Source: a virus
Length of the DNA: 40,192 nt
UHGV virus genome: UHGV-0071970
Reading direction: 5' to 3' (one strand)
The position numbers and the translations under genes were made by a program. Shown piece by piece: positions 16,602 through 24,989 of this stretch. Numbering within the stretch: position 1 is the stretch's first letter; each line of letters opens with the position of its first letter. Under the pieces are notes generated by a model. It saw only the letters and a list, made by a program, of their open reading frames with translations. It searched no databases and had not been told where the DNA came from.

Positions 16602-16640
16602 CTGCACAATAGTGCACAAATTTGCATAATTTTTTTGAAC
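16602..16640. promoter_or_regulatory. Conserved 39-bp promoter-proximal element, copy B (upstream of ATPase operon)
   Basis: CTGCACAATAGTGCACAAATTTGCATAATTTTTTTGAAC; see copy A. Confidence 0.5.
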
Positions 16641-16725
16641 GACTTTTTGCCCTTCCGGCCCGCGTGGCGGCTGGATCCGTCAAGGATCCGTGCGTGCACA
16701 AAAAAACACGCTTTTTCTGCGCGCA

Positions 16726-16745
16726 GGCGACGAGGGAAGGGCGCC
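16726..16745. other. Candidate cos (cohesive end) region
   Basis: GGCGACGAGGGAAGGGCGCC loosely resembles the P2 19-nt cos sequence as I recall it (GGCGAGGCGGGGAAAGCAC); sits between the accessory region and portal gene as in P2. Exact ends not determinable. Confidence 0.3.
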
Positions 16746-17024
16746 CGAATTGAGGGGTGGAAGGCAGGTTGCTTTATTTGGGGTCGTATTGCGCGTGATA
16801 CGCACGCAGTGAAGCCGGTTCTGAAAAAACCACACCGAAACAGAGTCAGAAAAACAGGCCGCCAGAATGCGTCTGGTTGAGTTTTACGGGGTCGGGATTA
16901 AATGCGGAAACATCACACCGCAGGCATGACGCGAAAAAGAGAAAAACCACAGCAAAACATAATGTTAAATGTTATTGATGAGTTGAGAAGCGAAAGGTGT
17001 ATTGCGTTGACAGAGCTGGAGAGT

Positions 17025-17049
17025 CGGGGCATAAATTTTTTATGCCCCG
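17025..17049 (-). terminator. Perfect 11-bp-arm hairpin just downstream of the portal gene
   Basis: CGGGGCATAAA-TTT-TTTATGCCCCG, 27 bp past the Q stop; no clean U-run after it, so function as terminator is uncertain. Confidence 0.35.
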
Positions 17050-17075
17050 GCGAAGCAGCCGACAAGCGAAGCGCG

Positions 17076-18119
17076 TCAGCTGGCGCCATCCTGAAGCAGC
17101 GAATAGGGATTAAAGCGCATCACTTCAACCCCAAGCCATTCATTGACATGCTTCATCGCTTCCATGACCGGTTGCAACTCGTTGATGAAAAATACCCTCG
17201 CCGCCTTCTCAACGTCACCGAACGCCGTGTTCCCGTCAGGCATTGCCCCCATCAGCTGAGGCGGTACACGGTGAGCCGCAAGGATATCGTCGCGGGCACT
17301 CCCCTTGATGTTAAGGAATTCGTCCTTCGCGGTGATTTGCTGGAACGGTAGTATTTGCACACCATCCTTGCCGCCACCTGGCGCGTGCAGAAGGATATTG
17401 CGGAACGCCCCCTTGCCACGGGATTCCGTGAGTGTTTTCTTGATGGCTTCCACGCTTTCAGCGTTTGCCTGGGCGGCACCAACATAGACAATGCACCCGG
17501 CATGTGAACCGTTGTCATAGTAGAGCTTGCGGAACGTATCCGCTGAGTTCGACAGACTCACCGACAGCAACCCACCGATATACTCCGGCATCCCGTAGAT
17601 TTCCTGGTTGATATCGGGGTTCAGAACGTGGCACACAGCCCCCTTACGGAAAGCAAATTCAGAACCATCATCATTGAGGTACCAGTACGTATCGAGATCA
17701 CTGCCCCGCCGCGTGTATTTCGCCAGCGCAGGACGAAGCGCAATGGGTTCACCGAACTTGTTGCGGCGGACTTCAAGATAGGCATTACCGAACACGAACC
17801 AGTCCAGCGCAAACGCGGAAAACGCCTGGCGGGACAGTAGCGGATGAGGAACAAAGCAGCCGTTCAGGGCATTACGCTTAAAATACAGGGCCGACTGGTG
17901 CCATGATGCACGACGCGAGGCGCGAGCAATGGCATTCCAGTCCATGGGGGTGTCATAGTAGCGGCCATTATCGGCGCACGACATGTTATCAAGCAGATCA
18001 AGACGGCTTGCTTCATAAGGACCGTCAAACGTGAAAGCACTGAGTGACGGCGCTGATTTCAGTGCATCAGCCAGTGAGCCCGTGCCGCGCTTTCCGGTGT
18101 ATTTTTTACGTTTACTCAT
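17076..18119 (-). CDS. Q: Portal protein (gpQ)
   Basis: 347-aa translation matches the P2 Q portal family by size, position next to terminase and overall sequence character. Confidence 0.85.
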   Translation of the reverse strand: MSKRKKYTGKRGTGSLADALKSAPSLSAFTFDGPYEASRLDLLDNMSCADNGRYYDTPMDWNAIARASRRASWHQSALYFKRNALNGCFVPHPLLSRQAFSAFALDWFVFGNAYLEVRRNKFGEPIALRPALAKYTRRGSDLDTYWYLNDDGSEFAFRKGAVCHVLNPDINQEIYGMPEYIGGLLSVSLSNSADTFRKLYYDNGSHAGCIVYVGAAQANAESVEAIKKTLTESRGKGAFRNILLHAPGGGKDGVQILPFQQITAKDEFLNIKGSARDDILAAHRVPPQLMGAMPDGNTAFGDVEKAARVFFINELQPVMEAMKHVNEWLGVEVMRFNPYSLLQDGAS

Positions 18120-18124
18120 TGTGT

Positions 18125-19858
18125 TCAGAACTCCATTGCAAAGCCACGATTATCCTCACGCTCTGCGCCGATTGGCTCATTGATAACAGCAAGCATGGTT
18201 GCCCAGGCGAGATCACCATGACTGACACCGCGTGAGCGGTCAGTGTCATAGGTGATATAGCCGCCGGGCGTCTGTATTTTTCGCACCGATGCAAAGGCCT
18301 GTACCAGGTCGCGCTCGCTGCGGTCATACTCCCAGCGTCCGGCACGGACCACCTGAAGCATCTTCATGACCAGCGCCCGCTTTGAAGCGATATTAAAGTT
18401 ATACGGAACAGCCAGGGGGAAGAATTTTTTCACTATCTGATAAACCCCTTCCCCGTTCCCGCCGGTGACATCAATCCCGATATGCTTCACATTGTATTTT
18501 TGGGTGTACTCCTCAATCAGGGCGGCCTGCTGTTCAAACTCCATGCCCTGAACCCTGACGGTTTCCACCGTACGAAAACGCCCACCGGCAACAAGGGGTG
18601 GCACGCACACCGACAGCGCCCCGCAGTCCCCCTTCCCGCTGCTGCCGTTGGCGTCATACCCGAGCCAGACTTCCCTCACCCCCATAGGGCGGACAGCAAA
18701 AGGCTTCCAGTCCGGCCATTCGTCATAGCCATCAACACCGCACCCGACGAGCGTATTCAGACTGAAGGCTGCCTCACCATCACGGACAAATTCGCACATG
18801 TACAGATTGCGAAATTCACTTTCTGTATTTTCGCCGCGAATATCATCAATACTGGTGAACTGCCATCCGTTAGCGACAGCATCCTCAATGGTGACAATCT
18901 GCCGCCACGTTTTGTCGGGAAAGAGCACGCCCCTCTTCAGGTGAGCATGTGAAACATCAAACTCACTGCGTTTTGAGCGTGGCTGTTCGCTGTTCCAGCG
19001 GTCCCCCGTCCAGAACTGATACGCCTCATGCATTTCCCCCGACGGCGTCGAGAAGTAAGTGCGCGTAAGCCCTTCCAGGGTCGCCATTGCCCCGGCAACC
19101 TTCCTGAGGTTCACAAAGTTACTGACCCAGAAAAATTCGTCGAATTTAAGATGACCGGTATAGGACTGCGCGGTGGCAGCTGACGTACCGAGGAAGTGCA
19201 GCTCCGCGCCGTTGGACAGCACGATCTTGTCGCCCCCTTTCAGCTCAACATCCACTTCCAGCGCCGCCTGCTGAATAAAATGCTTGAACTGATACGCCTG
19301 ACGACGGGAGGCGGACAAAAATATCTGGTTGCGCTGATACCCGGCGGAGACGTCATCACGCAGTGCATCAAGGAGCGCCTCGCGCGCAAAATACCAGGTC
19401 GCACCAATCTGACGCGACTTCAGGATCATACGGTTGCGGTGGTGACGGTTTTCGTACCATTCACGTTGATGCCACGCCAGCGTCGGGAGGATTTTTTCAC
19501 GAAGCGCGACAATCTGTTCTTCGGTGAAGTGATTTTTCAGTCTGCGTTTACGGGGCTTTTTACCGGAAACGGCCTGTTCTCCCTGACCGTCATTCAGTTT
19601 TTTCAGCTGGCGCGTGAGAAGGTCAATTTCCTTAAAATCGCTGCCGCTTTTCTCTGTTTTTGTGGTGAGCTGGATCAGGCGCGCATCAATGGACTGGGTG
19701 ACCCGCTGGATCGGAGGTGTGGCATCCCACTCATCGCGTTTTTTCCATGAGTAAATCGTGTTCTGGCTGATCCCCATCAGTTGCGAGATTTCCGCAGGTG
19801 TGTACCCTTGCCAGTAAAGTTGTCTTGCCCTTATGCGGACAAATGCATCCTGAATCAT
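18125..19858 (-). CDS. P: Terminase large (ATPase) subunit (gpP)
   Basis: N-terminal HTH-like segment ARQLYWQGYTPAEISQLMGISQNTIYSWKKRDEWD followed by a large ATPase/nuclease body. ATG at 19858 has SD GGGGG; the track gives an alternative ATG at 19903. Confidence 0.85.
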   Translation of the reverse strand: MIQDAFVRIRARQLYWQGYTPAEISQLMGISQNTIYSWKKRDEWDATPPIQRVTQSIDARLIQLTTKTEKSGSDFKEIDLLTRQLKKLNDGQGEQAVSGKKPRKRRLKNHFTEEQIVALREKILPTLAWHQREWYENRHHRNRMILKSRQIGATWYFAREALLDALRDDVSAGYQRNQIFLSASRRQAYQFKHFIQQAALEVDVELKGGDKIVLSNGAELHFLGTSAATAQSYTGHLKFDEFFWVSNFVNLRKVAGAMATLEGLTRTYFSTPSGEMHEAYQFWTGDRWNSEQPRSKRSEFDVSHAHLKRGVLFPDKTWRQIVTIEDAVANGWQFTSIDDIRGENTESEFRNLYMCEFVRDGEAAFSLNTLVGCGVDGYDEWPDWKPFAVRPMGVREVWLGYDANGSSGKGDCGALSVCVPPLVAGGRFRTVETVRVQGMEFEQQAALIEEYTQKYNVKHIGIDVTGGNGEGVYQIVKKFFPLAVPYNFNIASKRALVMKMLQVVRAGRWEYDRSERDLVQAFASVRKIQTPGGYITYDTDRSRGVSHGDLAWATMLAVINEPIGAEREDNRGFAMEF

Positions 19859-19925
19859 TGACGCCCCCTTGCTGTTTGATCTCAAGAGTAAACGCCCGCG
19901 CATTCATCCAGGTATCCGGTGCCAT

Positions 19926-19943
19926 TGTCGCCACGCTCTTACA
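19926..19943. promoter_or_regulatory. TGT-N12-ACA dyad in the P/O divergent intergenic region (candidate Ogr-type late activator site)
   Basis: TGTCGCCACGCTCTTACA; the P2 late-promoter dyad motif is recalled from memory. Confidence 0.4.
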
Positions 19944-20015
19944 ACATCGCCGCCTTGAGGCGCAGCCATCCCCTTATCATCATGAAGAAAAGCAACCCAC
20001 AGAAAGGGGATTTAC

Positions 20016-20852
20016 ATGGCAAGTAAAAACGCGCCAGTACGGAAAAAATTCCGCGTCGCCGTCTCGGGCACCACCATCGACGGGCGTGAGATTTCGGGGC
20101 TGATGTTGCGTCAGGCCGCTGAGAATTACGACCCGGAAGTGTGGGGGTCACGGGTGAACGTGGAGCACATGCTTTCACGTATGCCATCCAGTGAATTCAG
20201 TGCCGTGGGCGATGTGATTTCACTGTCCACCGAAGAAATCAGGGAAGGCAAACTGGCCGGCCGCACCGCACTGTATGCCGAAATTGAGCCCACCGACCGC
20301 ATGACGCAGATGCTGAATGATGGCAAGAAAATCTACTCAAGCATTGAGCTTGAACCCAACATTGATGCCGTTGGCGGCCCTTACGTAATTGGCCTGGCAA
20401 TGACCGATACCCCGGCAAGTCTCGGCACTGAACGACTGAAGTTTGCCGCCCAGCAGCGCGCCAGCATCATGCAGTTCAACAGCCGCAACGGTGAGCCAGT
20501 CATGTTCACCGAATGTATGGAAGCGGAACTCGCGGCCTCCGTACAGGACAGCACCGAAGAAAGCCAGAAATGGTTTTCGCGCGTCATGGCGCTCATCAGC
20601 AAAACCCGTGACACGGACAGCGAGCAGTTCGCTCACGTGCGCGAAGCCGTCGAGAGCATTGCCACGGAACAGGCCGGCCTTCTGGATCGCTTCCATGCGA
20701 TGGAAGAGCAACAGCGCAGTGATAAGGCATCACTGGAAACCCTGACCCGCGAACTGACTGAACTGAAGGCGCAGCTGAAAACCGAAGATGCAGACAAGGA
20801 ACAGCGCTTTGCTTCAACCGGTGGCAACAGCCACGCCCTGGCTGATTTTTAA
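20016..20852 (+). CDS. O: Capsid scaffolding protein (gpO)
   Basis: Size, position and N-terminus (KKFRVAVSGTTIDGREIS...) parallel P2 gpO. Confidence 0.75.
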   Translation: MASKNAPVRKKFRVAVSGTTIDGREISGLMLRQAAENYDPEVWGSRVNVEHMLSRMPSSEFSAVGDVISLSTEEIREGKLAGRTALYAEIEPTDRMTQMLNDGKKIYSSIELEPNIDAVGGPYVIGLAMTDTPASLGTERLKFAAQQRASIMQFNSRNGEPVMFTECMEAELAASVQDSTEESQKWFSRVMALISKTRDTDSEQFAHVREAVESIATEQAGLLDRFHAMEEQQRSDKASLETLTRELTELKAQLKTEDADKEQRFASTGGNSHALADF

Positions 20853-20867
20853 CTGAGGAACAAAATC

Positions 20868-21962
20868 ATGGGAAACCGCTTAACGCTTTCTCGCGAAGGT
20901 CGCAGCAATCTTGAGGCCTATCTTGCACGCCAGGCTGAACTGGCCGAAACCACCGTAGAACGACTGGGGAAAACCTTCAGCGTTGATCCGGCTGTTCATC
21001 AGAAGATGGAAAACGCCATCAAAGAGAGCGACGAGCTGCTGAAAAGAATCAACAGCATCGGCGTTGACGATCAGGAGGGTGAAAAAGTCCTGGTGAATAC
21101 CAGCGGCCCCATCGCCAGCACCAACTCAACCAGTGACGGCGTGAAGCGACGCAATCCCGCTGACGTCTCTGATCTGGCATCACGTCGTTATCGCTGCGAA
21201 CAGGTGAACTACGACACCTTCATCAGCTACGCACAGATTGACGCGTGGAGCAGCCAGAAAAACTTCCAGCAACTGCTGAGTGCACAAATCACCCGACAGA
21301 TTGCACTGGACCGTATCATGATTGGCTTTAACGGTGAGTCGCACGCCATCATCTCCGATCGTTCTGCCAACCCGAAACTTCAGGACGTTAACACCGGGTG
21401 GCTGAAACACATCCGTGAACACGCCACGACGCGTGTCGTGAAGGCAATGACGCTGACCCGTCGCGATCATGAAAACAAACTGGTTGCAAAAGGCGACTAC
21501 GGCAACGCTGACGCGATGGTTAACGACATTCGTTCTTCCGTACTGGATGAGTGGCACAAGGACGCCCCGGATCTGGTTGTTGTCATGGGCCGCAACCTGT
21601 TCAACACGCTGCGTCTGCCTATGATTAACGCCATCAGCACCACCAACCCGAACACGGAGCTGGTCGCCGGACAGCTGATTACAGCCTCCCGCACCATTGG
21701 CGCGCTGCCGACCTTCTTTGCGCCGTACTTCCCGGACGATGCCATGCTGATCACGTCGTTCAGCAACCTTTCGGTGTACTTCCAGAAAGGGTCACTGCGT
21801 CGCTTCATCCGTGAAGAGCCGGAGTACAACCGTATCGCCACCTACCAGTCCATGAACGACTGCTACGTGGTGGAAGACTACGGCAAATGTGCGCTGATTG
21901 AGGGCATTTCTTTCGCCGGTGAAGATCCGGAAGACAAGGAAGAGGCAGAAGCGCAGGCGTAA
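20868..21962 (+). CDS. N: Major capsid protein (gpN)
   Basis: 364 aa, directly after the scaffold gene; P2 N-like. Confidence 0.8.
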   Translation: MGNRLTLSREGRSNLEAYLARQAELAETTVERLGKTFSVDPAVHQKMENAIKESDELLKRINSIGVDDQEGEKVLVNTSGPIASTNSTSDGVKRRNPADVSDLASRRYRCEQVNYDTFISYAQIDAWSSQKNFQQLLSAQITRQIALDRIMIGFNGESHAIISDRSANPKLQDVNTGWLKHIREHATTRVVKAMTLTRRDHENKLVAKGDYGNADAMVNDIRSSVLDEWHKDAPDLVVVMGRNLFNTLRLPMINAISTTNPNTELVAGQLITASRTIGALPTFFAPYFPDDAMLITSFSNLSVYFQKGSLRRFIREEPEYNRIATYQSMNDCYVVEDYGKCALIEGISFAGEDPEDKEEAEAQA

Positions 21963-21970
21963 CGCATCAT

Positions 21971-21990
21971 GGCGGGCACATGCGCCCGCC
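21971..21990 (+). other. GC-rich hairpin between N and M
   Basis: GGCGGGC-ACATGC-GCCCGCC; no U-run. Confidence 0.3.
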
Positions 21991-22011
21991 GGTTAATCAG
22001 GAGTCGAATAC

Positions 22012-22821
22012 ATGCTGACACCGGCACAACGATACCTTCAGCGCGTGATGGCGCATCATCGGGCTGATCCATTCAGTCGCGAAGAGCAGCGAACACGAAC
22101 GGCACATGAACAGGTTCTTCACCAGTTACGCCTCGCCCAGTTGCAGCTGAAGGGCGTGCAGTCGAACATCGCGAAAGCGGAGCTGAAGAAGCACCTGATA
22201 CCGAATTTTGAAGGCTGGATAGACGGCACGCTGGCAGGCGACAGCGGACGCCAGGACGAAGTCATTACCACCATGATGGTGTGGGCAATTGACTGCCGGG
22301 ATTATCCGCTGGCACTGCGTATCGGTGAGTACGTCATTCGTCACCGGCTGGCACTGCCGGACAACTTCGGGCGCGATTCGGCGACCGTGCTCACCGAAGA
22401 AATTGCCGAAGTTGTGCTGACAGAAGCCGCCACCAACAGCGAAACCGACTTATCCGGCTATATCCGTATGCTGGACGAGCTGGATGCACTGGTTCACGAC
22501 CAGGACATGCCGGATCAGGTTCGTGCAAAACTACATAAGGCGCGGGCATTTTCACGGCGCGCATCAGGCAGTACGGAAGACATGACTGTGTCACTTGGTC
22601 TGCTGCGTGAAGCCATGCGCATCAATCCGGCAGCGGGCGTGAAGCGTGAAATCGCCACGCTGGCCAGAAAGGTATCAAAGGTTCAGCCGGAACCGGAAAA
22701 ACCGGCAGAAGAGAAAAGTAAATCGAAAGCAACATCAGGGCGCAAAAAGCCGACTACAAAAGCGACGGCCAGAAAAGCCACGAAAAAAACCGCCGCAAAA
22801 CCGGCGCGCAAGGCGACCTGA
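22012..22821 (+). CDS. M: Terminase small (endonuclease) subunit (gpM)
   Basis: Position after N and a basic lysine-rich C-terminal tail, as in P2 gpM. Confidence 0.75.
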   Translation: MLTPAQRYLQRVMAHHRADPFSREEQRTRTAHEQVLHQLRLAQLQLKGVQSNIAKAELKKHLIPNFEGWIDGTLAGDSGRQDEVITTMMVWAIDCRDYPLALRIGEYVIRHRLALPDNFGRDSATVLTEEIAEVVLTEAATNSETDLSGYIRMLDELDALVHDQDMPDQVRAKLHKARAFSRRASGSTEDMTVSLGLLREAMRINPAAGVKREIATLARKVSKVQPEPEKPAEEKSKSKATSGRKKPTTKATARKATKKTAAKPARKAT

Positions 22822-22853
22822 TAACACCGGACCCGACCTCGTCGGCAGGCGGC

Positions 22854-22900
22854 GCGACCGGTGATCTGATCGCTGACTCCCGGTCATTTTCACCGGTCGC
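22854..22900. repeat. 11-bp perfect inverted repeat (GCGACCGGTGA ... TCACCGGTCGC) in the M-L spacer
   Basis: Arms at 22854-22864 and 22890-22900, extendable with one bulge to about 19 bp. Confidence 0.4.
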
Positions 22901-22929
22901 CCACCGCCTGATCTACAGGAGAAGACATC

Positions 22930-23424
22930 ATGAGCATGGTAGCCAGACCCCGTGTGAACGACGCCACGGATGACACGACAGACATCGACGACGGAGAAGC
23001 GCGCATCAGTACAGACGCGTTCTGGCCGGATATCGTGCTGAAAGAGCTGCGCCTTGCCATGCGCATTCCCGGGCGCACCACCACCTCACGTCTGCTGCAT
23101 TCGGCCACCGAAGCTGTGGCACATGTAACGGCAGAGCTTGACGCCTGGAAACAGAAACAGGAGGCGGCGGGACGGTCGACACTGGCGGACGTTCCGGCAG
23201 CACACATCAACGGTGAGAGCGTGAACGTGCACCGGTATCGACGCGCGGTGTATGCACTGACCCGCGCGGGCGTTCTTGAGCGTTCGCGGGATGTGGACAC
23301 CACCGACAAAGGTGATCGCCGGGCCGATGCGCTGGACATGCAGATTGAAGATATGTGGCGCGATGCACGCTGGGCAATATCCGATATTCGCGGCGTCAGA
23401 CGGATTTATGCGGAGCTGATTTAA
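22930..23424 (+). CDS. L: Head completion/stabilisation protein (gpL)
   Basis: Position and size as P2 L; SD AGGAGA. Confidence 0.75.
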   Translation: MSMVARPRVNDATDDTTDIDDGEARISTDAFWPDIVLKELRLAMRIPGRTTTSRLLHSATEAVAHVTAELDAWKQKQEAAGRSTLADVPAAHINGESVNVHRYRRAVYALTRAGVLERSRDVDTTDKGDRRADALDMQIEDMWRDARWAISDIRGVRRIYAELI

Positions 23425-23624
23425 TGAAGGTAACCGCGCATGACGGCGACACCGTTGACTTACTCTGCCAGCGTCATTACGGCATGACAAAGGGCGTGAC
23501 AGAGCGCGTTCTGGCTGCCAATCCGGGGCTGAGTAACACGGTATTCCTCACTGCCGGGCAGGAAGTTGAATTACCGGAAATCACACAGGAAAAACAGCGC
23601 GAAACCGTTCAGTTGTGGGATTGA
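23424..23624 (+). CDS. X: Tail protein X (LysM-like)
   Basis: 66-aa ORF in the gpX position. Confidence 0.65.
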   Translation: MKVTAHDGDTVDLLCQRHYGMTKGVTERVLAANPGLSNTVFLTAGQEVELPEITQEKQRETVQLWD

Positions 23625-23626
23625 TT

Positions 23627-23917
23627 ATGTTTCAGAGAATTTACGACCACATTACGTTTTTCACATCCGTCATGGTCACCGGTATAGGGGTTATGACGCT
23701 GAGCGAGAAGATGGCGCTGGCAGGACTGATTCTGGGGGCGCTTTCACTGCTGCGCGGATGGATGCACAGAACACGTATGGAGCAGGCACAGGAGCGGCGC
23801 AATGAGCTTATTGCACGCATTGCCGACCAGATGCAGCACCGACCACTAAAAGGCAGCGAGAAGCGCGCTCTGGAAGCCCTGAATGCAGACGGGGAATCAC
23901 ATGCCAGGACAGATTAA
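23627..23917 (+). CDS. Holin (gpY-like)
   Basis: Two hydrophobic helices and a charged C-terminus, immediately before the endolysin. Confidence 0.65.
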   Translation: MFQRIYDHITFFTSVMVTGIGVMTLSEKMALAGLILGALSLLRGWMHRTRMEQAQERRNELIARIADQMQHRPLKGSEKRALEALNADGESHARTD

Positions 23918-24440
23918 ACGCTATGCCGTTGCCGCCATCGTGGCGCTGGGTTTTTCGCTGGCCCCCGGGGAGCTGAGAACCTCACAGGAGGCACAGGAAA
24001 AAATTGCCACCTGGGAAGAGTGTCGGGCATTCCCGTACAGGGATATCGCTGGCGTGAAAACCGTGGGTTGTGGCTCAACGGGAAACGTCCCCGACCGCCA
24101 CCATACCAAACAGGAAGTTGCCGGTCGATGGGTGAACGATTTACGACGGGCGGAGAACTGCATCAATCAGAATTTCAATGGCCGCGACATGCCACAACGC
24201 CACTTTGAGGCAATGACGGATGCTGCCTTTAATCTGGGGTGCAAAGGCCTGATGTGGTTTAAGGGGCGTGACGGGAGGATGCACAGAACAACCATCTGGA
24301 AGTTCGCTCAGGGAAAGAACTGGAGCGCAATGTGCGGCAGGCTGACGGATTTTGTGAACAGCGGCGGACGCTATTCACAGGGGCTGTTTAACCGGCGCAA
24401 TGACTTCAGGAACTGGTGTATGAACGGAGTGAAGCAATGA
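23901..24440 (+). CDS. Endolysin (T4-type lysozyme family), possibly with an N-terminal signal-arrest-release segment
   Basis: Catalytic E-x8-D-x5-T-like spacing in TWEECRAFPYRDIAGVKT; hydrophobic N-terminus YAVAAIVALGFSLAPG. ATG at 23901 with SD GGGGAA. Confidence 0.75.
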   Translation: MPGQIKRYAVAAIVALGFSLAPGELRTSQEAQEKIATWEECRAFPYRDIAGVKTVGCGSTGNVPDRHHTKQEVAGRWVNDLRRAENCINQNFNGRDMPQRHFEAMTDAAFNLGCKGLMWFKGRDGRMHRTTIWKFAQGKNWSAMCGRLTDFVNSGGRYSQGLFNRRNDFRNWCMNGVKQ

Positions 24441-24871
24441 AAACACCTGCCGTGTTGCTCTGGTTTCTTGCCACCCTGTTGCTTTGTGGCCTGACAGGCT
24501 GGGAAGCATACCGCAAAGGGAAGGAAAGTCTCGGACGGGAACAGATGATGGACATCATAGAGGACAACCGCGCCGCCATGCAGGAAGTTCGCCATGCATA
24601 CACAGACTTTTCCAGGGTGATAAACGTGATCCGCATTCTGGACCAGCAACGGATTGCAGAAGGAGAGCAACGACGTGAAGAAATGCAAAAAGACGCGCAG
24701 GGTGACACGTGTGCCAGCGCTTATCCTCCCGCTGCTGTTACTGAGCGGTTGCAGCAACACGCAGCACACATTGAAAACCAGACTCGTTTACGAGCCGGTG
24801 CCGACAGTTCTGACAAGGCAGACCCCGGTTCCGGCACTGGAAATACCCGTGACATGGTACAGGGTGACTGA
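24437..24871 (+). CDS. Rz-like inner-membrane spanin (LysB)
   Basis: N-terminal TM then a charged coiled region; position after the endolysin. Confidence 0.6.
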   Translation: MKTPAVLLWFLATLLLCGLTGWEAYRKGKESLGREQMMDIIEDNRAAMQEVRHAYTDFSRVINVIRILDQQRIAEGEQRREEMQKDAQGDTCASAYPPAAVTERLQQHAAHIENQTRLRAGADSSDKADPGSGTGNTRDMVQGD

Positions 24872-24986
24872 ATGGAGCGATCGGCTACTGGAAGCACTCG
24901 ACACATGCAACGCAGACAAGGCTGCGATCGCCTGGCTGGATAAACAAAGAGCAGAGCGGGCGCAAGATGCGCCCCATCAGGAGTAA
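24675..24986 (+). CDS. Rz1-like outer-membrane lipoprotein spanin (LysC), overlapping LysB in another frame
   Basis: Lipobox LLLLSGC followed by a proline-rich segment; GTG start at 24675 with SD AGGAGA. Confidence 0.5.
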   Translation: MKKCKKTRRVTRVPALILPLLLLSGCSNTQHTLKTRLVYEPVPTVLTRQTPVPALEIPVTWYRVTEWSDRLLEALDTCNADKAAIAWLDKQRAERAQDAPHQE

Positions 24987-24989
24987 ACG

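Noticed and set aside
16635-17351. Plus-strand ORFs 16635..16880 and 16902..17351
   Set aside because: They lie in the putative cos region and across the 3' end of the portal gene; Arg/Gly-rich translations, no ribosome-binding sites.
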